Positions 1 to 7,019 of a stretch of 48,204 bases of DNA are shown piece after piece (the first letter of the stretch is position 1; the number at the start of each line of letters is the position of its first letter). A program made the position numbers and the translations under genes. The DNA is from an uncultured Candidatus Saccharibacteria bacterium (GTDB lineage: Bacteria; Patescibacteriota; Minisyncoccia; Phycocordibacterales; UBA1006). The notes below the pieces were generated by a model, which was not told where the DNA came from, searched no databases, and saw only the letters and a program-made list of their open reading frames with translations. The stretch lies in assembly GCA_964550225.1 (NCBI GenBank), contig CAZJXT010000001.1, forward strand, positions 1-48,204, in the 5' to 3' direction.

Positions 1-339
1 AAAATATTTTTCCAGTTCTATAGCGATCACGCGACACTCGGTATTCGTATTTCCATACTGATCTATGAGCTTGTATTTTTTTGTAATAAATTCTGGAAAA
101 TTATATAAAATAGATTATGGTTTTTCTTTGGTAAAAATAGCTGTACCACTGTATCCTTTTTTTTCTGCTGAATTCCAAAATTCATGATACTCGGGGAGGT
201 CAAGCGGGGATTCGTGTTGCATTGCTTTTGTTTCTTGGAGACAAACAACGTCTGGATTTTCTTGTTCAATAAAAGGAACAAAGAGATTTTTCTTATGTAC
301 GGCACGAATACCGTTTACGTTCCACGAGATAAGTTTCAT
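1..339 (-). pseudogene. xth: Exodeoxyribonuclease III (Xth/ExoA family), interrupted by an in-frame TAA and truncated by the window edge
   Basis: MKLISWNVNGIRA...CLQETK...EKKGYSGTAIFTKEKP is the canonical ExoIII N-terminus. TAA lies at 115-117. The same frame continues (SILYNF...ECRVIAIELEKYF), matching the EGRVI..EF..F segment of ExoA. Confidence 0.7.
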
Positions 340-382
340 AGGAAAACTATAGCATAAAAAACATCTCATGAAGAGATGTTTT

Positions 383-1045
383 TTATTTCAATTGATACAC
401 CGAGAAGAGAAGTACAAGCGAGTCCAGTGGATCTGTTTTCGGTTCGAAACTATGTGTTTTTTGTTCAACGAGTTCAAATCCATGATGACGAAATAGATCA
501 TTTATTTCATCAGCTGAGAAAAAATGATACAGCACTCCAAATTTTTCAAATTGATTTTCTGGTGATGCTTTAGGTCTAAACCCTAAAAATCGAGGTGTAT
601 CTTTTGAAAGTGATACATTCATCACATATCCACCTGGTTTTAATACTCGCTTTATTTCTGACATATATTGATGCCAATACATAACATCGATATGTTGCAT
701 TACTCCAATATCAGTGACCGCATCAAACGAATGATCTACGAGGGGAATATCTAACACATCACCATGAATATATCGCGCACGATCTGCATAATCATTTAAT
801 TTAATATCCTGATTTCCTTTACGTACAACATCATGAATATATTCTAATCCAATTGCACGATACCCCTCGGCAACGAGTTTTGAAATCCAAATTCCTCGTC
901 CTGCACCAACATCGAGCACCATCGCATCAGCTGGCATGTTAGGCATCATATTAATTGCGATCGTATGATAGGGAATATGAGTCCATACATCGGACCCGGT
1001 ACGATACGCAATTTCAAAATATTGTTTTTGAGCATCTGGGTTCAT
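383..1045 (-). CDS. Class I SAM-dependent methyltransferase
   Basis: Motif I VLDVGAGRGIW, later LKPGGYV. 220 aa ORF. Confidence 0.8.
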   Translation of the reverse strand: MNPDAQKQYFEIAYRTGSDVWTHIPYHTIAINMMPNMPADAMVLDVGAGRGIWISKLVAEGYRAIGLEYIHDVVRKGNQDIKLNDYADRARYIHGDVLDIPLVDHSFDAVTDIGVMQHIDVMYWHQYMSEIKRVLKPGGYVMNVSLSKDTPRFLGFRPKASPENQFEKFGVLYHFFSADEINDLFRHHGFELVEQKTHSFEPKTDPLDSLVLLFSVYQLK

Positions 1046-1051
1046 AGATAT

Positions 1052-1057
1052 AGTATA
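1052..1057 (-). promoter_or_regulatory. -10-like TATACT, 6 nt upstream of the methyltransferase ATG (leaderless-type)
   Basis: Minus strand reads cTGTATACTatatctATG. Confidence 0.45.
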
Positions 1058-1099
1058 CAGTATACTCTATACTCTATATAGGGTCTCTGTTGAAAAGTT

Positions 1100-1996
1100 T
1101 TATTTCCCGTGAAATTTTTTGTGCACCTCGCGTAATTGTTTGTCAGTAACATGGGTATAAACTTGTGTCGTGGCAATATTTGCATGCCCTAACATTATTT
1201 GCACCGAACGAATATCAGCACCATTTGATAATAAATCAGTTGCAAACGAGTGGCGCAGTACATGCGGAGTAACCTTCTTGTAAATACCTGCTTTGGTAGC
1301 ATAGTGTTTCACAATACGCTGAATCGATCGAGGCGTCAGGCGCGCATCATCTGTTTTTCGAAATGACTCATTTACAAATAATGGTTCTGCCATATCTTTG
1401 CGTGATTTCAAATATTCACGCAATACATCCTTGGCACGATCTGATAGAAAAACCACACGCACCTTGTCACCTTTTCCGCGAATAGAAAACTCATCTTTTG
1501 AGAGATCAATATCACGGTTGAGTGAACATAATTCTGAAAGACGTAATCCTGTAGAAAAAAATAATTCAAGGATTGCAAGATCTCGTAAATTATTACTCGC
1601 AGCTGCGAGAAATCGTTTTAATTCTGCACCAGATAACGGATCAATATCTCGAGATCCTGTTTTTGCAAGCTCAATTGCATCAGGTGCAATACAAGAAATA
1701 TTTCTTTTTTTTAAATATTTTAAAAAAGAACGAATGGCAATCAAGTAATAATTCTGTGTTGCTTTTTTCATTGTACCTTGTGACTGACCTTTTACACGCG
1801 CACCCTTTGATCGATTGAGCGTTAATCGAAATTCTCGCAACATGTTTTCTGTAATATCGCTTGGACTATTCACTTTTCCAAATGCAAAAAAAACATCGAG
1901 ATAGTGTTCGTAGTTACGCACCGTGTTTAATGCGCGACCTTTTTCGATTTCTACATATTCCAAAAATTGACGCTTGAGATCTTGGATTGAATACAT
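1100..1996 (-). CDS. Tyrosine site-specific recombinase, XerC/XerD family
   Basis: N-terminal SAM-like core-binding domain. Catalytic signature GLRLSEL, HVLRHSFAT, GHANIATTQVYTHV (R..HxxR..H..Y). Confidence 0.88.
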   Translation of the reverse strand: MYSIQDLKRQFLEYVEIEKGRALNTVRNYEHYLDVFFAFGKVNSPSDITENMLREFRLTLNRSKGARVKGQSQGTMKKATQNYYLIAIRSFLKYLKKRNISCIAPDAIELAKTGSRDIDPLSGAELKRFLAAASNNLRDLAILELFFSTGLRLSELCSLNRDIDLSKDEFSIRGKGDKVRVVFLSDRAKDVLREYLKSRKDMAEPLFVNESFRKTDDARLTPRSIQRIVKHYATKAGIYKKVTPHVLRHSFATDLLSNGADIRSVQIMLGHANIATTQVYTHVTDKQLREVHKKFHGK

Positions 1997-2002
1997 ACAT
2001 CT

Positions 2003-2011
2003 ATTGTATCA
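2003..2011 (-). promoter_or_regulatory. Extended -10 (TGATACAAT), 6 nt upstream of the xer ATG
   Basis: Minus strand reads cTTGATACAATagatgtATG. Confidence 0.5.
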
Positions 2012-2099
2012 AGTTTCATTTCTTTTGCGACACTTATTGACAATGCGCTTGAAAATGGTAGTATCATAAATAAATTTTCTTAACCATTAACTTCTGCTT

Positions 2100-2462
2100 A
2101 TGAAAAATCTCAACGATTTTGACGAACCTTTTCTATTTGATGATGATGGTATTAAAAGAGACATTATTACTAAAGGCGATAGAAAAGCCATTCTCTACAA
2201 ACTGCTCGGATTTATCTTCATGTTGATATGTATTTGGATAATTACTTACACAACCTCTTTTGAAGAAGGTATTGGGTATAGTTATATACCCGCAAGTATT
2301 GTTTATATCACCGCAATTTGTCTTGTAAGCAACAAAAGAGTTATCTATCTTTTGGAACTCATGAAGGTTGGATGCTTTAGAGAAGAAAATAACCAAAAAA
2401 TACCTAAAGCCGTACGTGAACAGCGGGCATATGATCAAATGAAAGCTCTTTTTTTGAAATAG
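2100..2462 (+). CDS. Hypothetical small membrane protein (two hydrophobic helices)
   Basis: 120 aa ORF with LLGFIFMLICIWIITY and IPASIVYITAICLV segments. No recognisable family. Confidence 0.45.
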   Translation: MKNLNDFDEPFLFDDDGIKRDIITKGDRKAILYKLLGFIFMLICIWIITYTTSFEEGIGYSYIPASIVYITAICLVSNKRVIYLLELMKVGCFREENNQKIPKAVREQRAYDQMKALFLK

Positions 2463-2536
2463 TAAAACTGTTTTTGCCAAGATGTCTATATTTTATAGAT
2501 AGCTTGGCTTTTTTACTTGCAAAAAAAACATATCTA

Positions 2537-2545
2537 TGCTATAGT
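2537..2545 (+). promoter_or_regulatory. Extended -10 (TGCTATAGT), 9 nt upstream of the rpsO ATG
   Basis: tatcTATGCTATAGTcacctcactATG. Confidence 0.5.
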
Positions 2546-2554
2546 CACCTCACT

Positions 2555-2818
2555 ATGTTAACTACAGCAAAAAAACAAAAAGTAATTGCTTCCGCAGCCC
2601 GAAAGGCAGGTGATACTGGATCTCCTGAGGTTCAAATTGCGCTTTTGTCTGAACAAATCAGTCAATTGACCAACCACTTGAAAGACCACAAAAAAGACAT
2701 CCATTCTCGACGAGGGTTGGTGATCATGGTTGCACAACGCCGAAAACTCTTGAACTACCTTAAACGAAAAGATGTTAAAGCGTACGAAAAAACATTGAAA
2801 CAAGTTGGATTGAAATAA
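2555..2818 (+). CDS. rpsO: 30S ribosomal protein S15
   Basis: MLTTAKKQKVI...GDTGSPEVQIALLSEQISQLTNHLKDHKKDIHSRRGLVIMVAQRRKLLNYLKRKD is the S15 signature. The start is set at the internal ATG behind the -10 element, not the ORF-track start 2474. Confidence 0.93.
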   Translation: MLTTAKKQKVIASAARKAGDTGSPEVQIALLSEQISQLTNHLKDHKKDIHSRRGLVIMVAQRRKLLNYLKRKDVKAYEKTLKQVGLK

Positions 2819-2831
2819 CTTGAACTACTAT

Positions 2832-2873
2832 AAAAACTCTCTTATTGACTATATATAAATAAGAGAGTTTTTA
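2832..2873 (+). terminator. Rho-independent terminator after rpsO
   Basis: ctctcttatt (2837-2846) pairs with aataagagag (2858-2867), followed by a T-run. Confidence 0.7.
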
Positions 2874-2874
2874 T

Positions 2875-3360
2875 TTGACCCAAATAAAACATGTACTATA
2901 CTGGTTCAGTATGACAACTATAATTCTTATCACCCTTATCGGGTCTCTTGTTTCATTAACCATTGGAACATTCTGGTATTCAGATAAAACACCCATGGGC
3001 CGATTGCATATGCAAGTTCTCGGATTTGATAAATTATCAGCCGATGAACAGAAAAAACTTATTGAGGAAGCTAAGCCTCATATGTGGAAATCATTCCTTG
3101 GGCAATTTATATTATCAGCAATGACCTCATTTTTTATCGCACTCGTAAGTGTGACCGGAACGAATAACGGACTACCTTTCAGTATGGTAATAGGATATGC
3201 GGTAATGGCATGGTTCTGTTTCATGGTTCCGGTAATTGGATCAAGTATTATTTGGGGAAATATTGACCGCAAAATTGCATGGAAGAAATTCTTTTTTGAT
3301 ATTTTTTCTTATTTAATAACAATTGGAGCTGTGCTCGTTGTTGCTCGATTGTTTGTATAA
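2875..3360 (+). CDS. DUF1761-like membrane protein (probable true start ATG 2911)
   Basis: Four hydrophobic helices. The GTFWYS...MG...LGF pattern is typical of DUF1761. The track start is TTG. Confidence 0.55.
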   Translation: MTQIKHVLYWFSMTTIILITLIGSLVSLTIGTFWYSDKTPMGRLHMQVLGFDKLSADEQKKLIEEAKPHMWKSFLGQFILSAMTSFFIALVSVTGTNNGLPFSMVIGYAVMAWFCFMVPVIGSSIIWGNIDRKIAWKKFFFDIFSYLITIGAVLVVARLFV

Positions 3361-3375
3361 AATTATAAGCTCATG

Positions 3376-3407
3376 AAAAAAACCGCTCCGAGAGGAGCGG
3401 TTTTTTT
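3376..3407 (+). terminator. Rho-independent terminator
   Basis: ccgctcc-gaga-ggagcgg followed by T7. Confidence 0.8.
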
Positions 3408-3422
3408 CATATCAAGCAGTCA

Positions 3423-3431
3423 TGATATACT
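3423..3431 (+). promoter_or_regulatory. Extended -10 (TGATATACT), 6 nt upstream of the ATG at 3438
   Basis: caTGATATACTcgccctATG. Confidence 0.55.
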
Positions 3432-3437
3432 CGCCCT

Positions 3438-3785
3438 ATGGCAACCTCCAAAGAATTCATGGAATACATCGTTGATCAAGTCGGACGCAGTGTCGGCGTT
3501 GAAAATATTTCTGTGCGTAAAATGTTTGGAGAATATGCGCTGTATTATCTAGGTGTGACCATTGGATTAATTTGCGACAATACATTGTTTATCAAAGTGA
3601 CTGATGCAACAACCGCAATCCTTGGTGATCACGAAACAGGATTTCCGTATCCTGGCGCGAATCCGTGGTATCAGTTAGATGAGAGTGATTTAGATAATTA
3701 TGAGCTAATGCAAAAGATTGTGAATGTGGTGTATGAGGAAAGTGTGACAAAGAAGAAAAGTAATAAAGCAAAGAAAAAAAAGTGA
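3438..3785 (+). CDS. TfoX/Sxy N-terminal domain family protein
   Basis: SKEFMEYIVDQV...VRKMFGEYALYYLGVTIGLICDNTLFIKV matches the TfoX_N pattern. Lysine-rich tail. Confidence 0.7.
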   Translation: MATSKEFMEYIVDQVGRSVGVENISVRKMFGEYALYYLGVTIGLICDNTLFIKVTDATTAILGDHETGFPYPGANPWYQLDESDLDNYELMQKIVNVVYEESVTKKKSNKAKKKK

Positions 3786-3791
3786 GCCACT

Positions 3792-3825
3792 AAAAAAGCC
3801 GAACGACATGTTCGGCTTTTGTTTT
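3792..3825. terminator. Bidirectional intrinsic terminator between convergent genes
   Basis: gccgaac-gacat-gttcggc flanked by an A-run (left) and a T-run (right). Confidence 0.75.
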
Positions 3826-3836
3826 AGCAAAAAGTT

Positions 3837-4559
3837 TTATTTCTTTCGTGCAACAACAATTAAATGAGTAGGGTAAATATCACCACCAATTTGTTCCGCT
3901 GCGGGGAATTCGTAATCCTCCTTGATTTCAAGTAATTCAAAATGTTCAAGGAAATAAGGACTCAAATAGTCCTGCATGGTATGCGTTGGTTCGTACACTG
4001 TAATTTGTTTGTCGAAGATTTCAGATGCAACTATTTCTTGCTTGAAATAATCCTTGCCTGATTTTTTCTTTTCAAGAAATTGACGCAAGGGATGTACCGT
4101 GAGAAAAATGAAATAACCATCTCTTACCAGCAAACGATCTACATTTTCCCAAACAATGCTTAAGTCTTCCGCGGTTTGAAGTGCCCATTTTGAAACAATC
4201 AATTGAAAATGGAATCCCTTGAATGGACGGATATTTTTTTGCGAGAAATCCTCGCATTCCAGAATAATCTTTTTTGGAAATTTTTCCTCCACCAAAGAAA
4301 TCATTTCCTGGGAAGCATCTAAACCGAAACAGCAAACTTTTCTTTGTTTTGAATAAAGTTCAAAATCTGTTCCTGATCCGCAGCCCAGATCTAGCAAGTG
4401 CACAAGGGATCTTTCGTGTTCTATTGTTTGTATTTTTTCAATATATCTAAGGACAATATTTAAAAAAATTCCAGTTGATTTCTTATTCTCACCAGTATGT
4501 AGTTCTTCGTAATTTTTCGCAGAATTGTTGTACTGCGTTGAAAGATTTTTCTTTTTCAT
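3837..4559 (-). CDS. Class I SAM-dependent methyltransferase (last gene of the radical-SAM operon)
   Basis: Motif I LLDLGCGSGTD. The start is set at MKKKNLST (4559), 10 nt after the stop of the upstream gene. The track extension to 4631 overlaps that gene. Confidence 0.75.
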   Translation of the reverse strand: MKKKNLSTQYNNSAKNYEELHTGENKKSTGIFLNIVLRYIEKIQTIEHERSLVHLLDLGCGSGTDFELYSKQRKVCCFGLDASQEMISLVEEKFPKKIILECEDFSQKNIRPFKGFHFQLIVSKWALQTAEDLSIVWENVDRLLVRDGYFIFLTVHPLRQFLEKKKSGKDYFKQEIVASEIFDKQITVYEPTHTMQDYLSPYFLEHFELLEIKEDYEFPAAEQIGGDIYPTHLIVVARKK

Positions 4560-4569
4560 GTTAAATATT

Positions 4570-5463
4570 TTATTTGTTTGAAATGTAAGCAAACTCTCCA
4601 CAACCTGCCTGTAACGGTCTTCCTGCGGCAAGAAACCTAATGATTTTATTTTTTAAACCTGCATCTAGAAGATATCGTTTGAATCTATCAATATCTGATT
4701 TATCTCCTCGATCATAATTTAAAAAATCTACATCATTTGGTTCTGTTAATTGAAGTGTGATTAAACTACTGGTTCCATCAAGCAACGAAACGAGTTGTTC
4801 GGCATCCGAAAATGAATCATTGAACGATTTGTAGAGTAAATAATTCACTCGAACCTCAGAATTTGTTTTCTGATGAAATAATACACCTGCCTCTATTAAA
4901 GATTTAAGTGTAAAGTTTCCGGCAAAAGGAATTATTTCTTTTCTTTTAATTTCGTTTGGCGCATGTAGAGAAATCCACATCATTCTCATAGGAATTTTCT
5001 CGTTTGCAAATTGAATAATTTTTTTAGGTCCGCCAATCGTTGCAAATGAAAGCTTGTCTAAATATCCCAACATATTCAGATTTCTTAATGCTCCAGTAAA
5101 TTGGACATAGTTATCCAACGGTTCACCAATTCCCATAAAAACCACATGATCTAGGGTGGGAACACTAAATCTTTCGGCAATATGTTGCACTTGTTCAACA
5201 ATTTCGTTTTGAGTAAGATTGCGCGTAAACCCATTTTTTCCTGATACACACATTCTGCAGGCAAATTTACATCCGGCTTGAACAGAAACACATGCGTGGA
5301 ATTCTGTTTTTTCTCCACGAAGAATTTTAAATCCAGCGGTTTGAATAATCAATCCATCATGTAACCTTATCGAAGACTTAATATCTGCGACCGGCTGAAA
5401 TGTCGTATCACTCCAGTTTTCTGTACTAAGATACAAATGTTTTTGATCTTTAATAATTTTCAT
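4570..5463 (-). CDS. Radical SAM enzyme, RlmN/Cfr family-like (short form, 297 aa)
   Basis: ACVSVQAGCKFACRMCVSGKNGFTRNLTQNEIVEQV aligns with RlmN [36 protein letters not shown] (CX3CX2C). Also FMGIGEPLDN, ISLHAPN..R.EIIP and a C-terminal QAGCGEF resembling AACGQL. Confidence 0.8.
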   Translation of the reverse strand: MKIIKDQKHLYLSTENWSDTTFQPVADIKSSIRLHDGLIIQTAGFKILRGEKTEFHACVSVQAGCKFACRMCVSGKNGFTRNLTQNEIVEQVQHIAERFSVPTLDHVVFMGIGEPLDNYVQFTGALRNLNMLGYLDKLSFATIGGPKKIIQFANEKIPMRMMWISLHAPNEIKRKEIIPFAGNFTLKSLIEAGVLFHQKTNSEVRVNYLLYKSFNDSFSDAEQLVSLLDGTSSLITLQLTEPNDVDFLNYDRGDKSDIDRFKRYLLDAGLKNKIIRFLAAGRPLQAGCGEFAYISNK

Positions 5464-5489
5464 AGTCTTTTATTTTTTTGTGAACAATT

Positions 5490-5774
5490 TTAAAATAACC
5501 CGAAGGGAAATACTAGTGGAAAAATCATTCCAATCATCACTAGAACATAAGCAAGTAGGTTACTTGCGAGTTCTAAATTACAAACTCTTGAATGTTCTTT
5601 GTATACTTTTTCTTTATATCGGTCCGTTCTTTTTTCGAACTGTTCATTCAGCACCTCTTTTGTAAGAGACTTATTTTTTTCTTTAAACCGAAGACTAAGA
5701 ATGTGAAAGAACAATGCGGAGGTAAGTAGTGTTACGCGAATGTGATTAACGAATAAAGGATTTGTAAAGTCCAT
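5490..5774 (-). CDS. Hypothetical small membrane protein
   Basis: 94 aa with hydrophobic N- and C-terminal segments. Preceded by the same A-rich pre-start motif as the radical SAM gene. Confidence 0.45.
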   Translation of the reverse strand: MDFTNPLFVNHIRVTLLTSALFFHILSLRFKEKNKSLTKEVLNEQFEKRTDRYKEKVYKEHSRVCNLELASNLLAYVLVMIGMIFPLVFPFGLF

Positions 5775-5799
5775 ACTTTTATTTTTTTTGTGAAAGAAA

Positions 5800-5850
5800 T
5801 CTGTTTCGCTCTTTTGAGCTCATCAGTCGAGATACACATCTCGAGACAGA
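5800..5850 (-). ncRNA. Hammerhead ribozyme, type III topology (stems I and II capped, stem III open)
   Basis: Minus strand reads UCUGUC|UCGAGAU-GUGU-AUCUCGA-CUGAUGA-GCUC-AAAA-GAGC-GAAA-CAGA. The full invariant core, a GUC cleavage triplet and three Watson-Crick stems (7, 4 and 5 bp) are present. Confidence 0.85.
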
Positions 5851-5877
5851 AGGGGATTATCCATCCCCCCGTAATTT

Positions 5878-5991
5878 CTAATTGAAAGTGTGTAGTAGTA
5901 ATACTGCGACAAACATAACAATAACTGCAACTAAAGCAGAAAATATTATCGCGAGTTTAAAAACTCCCCATTGATAACCATCCCATTTCAT
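5878..5991 (-). CDS. Putative 37-aa hydrophobic peptide (below the ORF-track cutoff)
   Basis: ATG...TAG translates to MKWDGYQWGVFKLAIIFSALVAVIVMFVAVLLLHTFN, a single TM helix. It has the same TTCGAAAAATAAAAT pre-start motif as downstream genes. Confidence 0.4.
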   Translation of the reverse strand: MKWDGYQWGVFKLAIIFSALVAVIVMFVAVLLLHTFN

Positions 5992-6124
5992 AGGTCTATA
6001 TTTTATTTTTCGAAAGAACATTCTTTCTTGATACTAGCGTACCAGACATTTGACACACTTGCATTTATATTGCAAGAAATATATATTTATTAAACTATTG
6101 GTTTAATTTTGATATACTGTTTTT

Positions 6125-6952
6125 ATGCTCCTTGGAACCAAGAAAACTCTATACGACCATATAATGGAAGCCCTTTTGGGGGATTCTATGACTGTTTCAC
6201 AAATACAAGACTATTTAAAAGGTCTTTCTGTACATGCTTCGGTGCAGGGAATTTATAAAACTCTACGAGAATTATTAGCAGAAGATATTATTGTAAAACA
6301 CAAAACCGTCTATGCTATTAGTAATGTTTGGCGTGATCGGTTACTAAAAATCGTTTCACAGGATTTTGGATTTAAATTACAGCCCAATGAAGAGGTTTCA
6401 TATAAATTTAATACTATTGAAAATACTGATGCATTTTGGAAACACATGTTCCAAGACATTCGCAATGAAGTAAAAGATTTTCCTGTGTACCACTTTACAC
6501 CTCATCAGTACTGGCTCATGATTCCATCACGAAAACAAAGCGAGGAAGATTACTATAAAACATATGAGCAGGAAAAAATTTACTCATTCAATATTATTGG
6601 AGGTGAAACTATTTTTGATAACGAACGCAAGCGAGCACTGTCGTCACATTTTAATCAGGTAACTACTAATAGTAAGATCAACTTCAACCGTCGTGATCAC
6701 CTCTCTGTTATTGGTCCCTATATCATCACCACTCGTGTTTCAGTTACACTCGCACGTGTAACGGATCGACTGTACGAAACTTGTTTCACAGAAAAAGAAT
6801 TGCAAGAAAAACTTGAGCCTGAATTTAAAAAACATGGATCGGTTACGATGACGGTGGAACATAATTTAGAGAAAGCAAAATCAATGCGCAAAAAAATGTC
6901 TGCTGATTTTCATATTCCACGTGAACTACGCGAGAGATTTGATTTATTTTAA
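6125..6952 (+). CDS. Hypothetical protein with an N-terminal winged-helix-like DNA-binding region
   Basis: N-terminus LYDHIMEALLGDSMTVSQIQDYL...IYKTLRELLAEDIIVKHKTVYAIS resembles a wHTH. The rest is unassigned. -10 TATACT at 6113-6118 lies 6 nt before the ATG. Confidence 0.45.
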   Translation: MLLGTKKTLYDHIMEALLGDSMTVSQIQDYLKGLSVHASVQGIYKTLRELLAEDIIVKHKTVYAISNVWRDRLLKIVSQDFGFKLQPNEEVSYKFNTIENTDAFWKHMFQDIRNEVKDFPVYHFTPHQYWLMIPSRKQSEEDYYKTYEQEKIYSFNIIGGETIFDNERKRALSSHFNQVTTNSKINFNRRDHLSVIGPYIITTRVSVTLARVTDRLYETCFTEKELQEKLEPEFKKHGSVTMTVEHNLEKAKSMRKKMSADFHIPRELRERFDLF

Positions 6953-6986
6953 AAACTCACATCCATTATTTGTGAGTTTTTGTTTT
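6951..6986 (+). terminator. Rho-independent terminator
   Basis: actcaca (6955-6961) pairs with tgtgagt (6971-6977), then a T-run. Confidence 0.7.
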
Positions 6987-7019
6987 GGATAAAATTTTTT
7001 TTACGTTATACTTTATCTA

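Noticed and set aside
6480-6515. An antisense CUGAUGA with a nearby GUGUA/UACAC helix inside the 6125-6952 CDS.
   Set aside because: The G10.1:C11.1 closure and the GAAA element are missing, and it lies inside a coding region. It is a chance heptamer.
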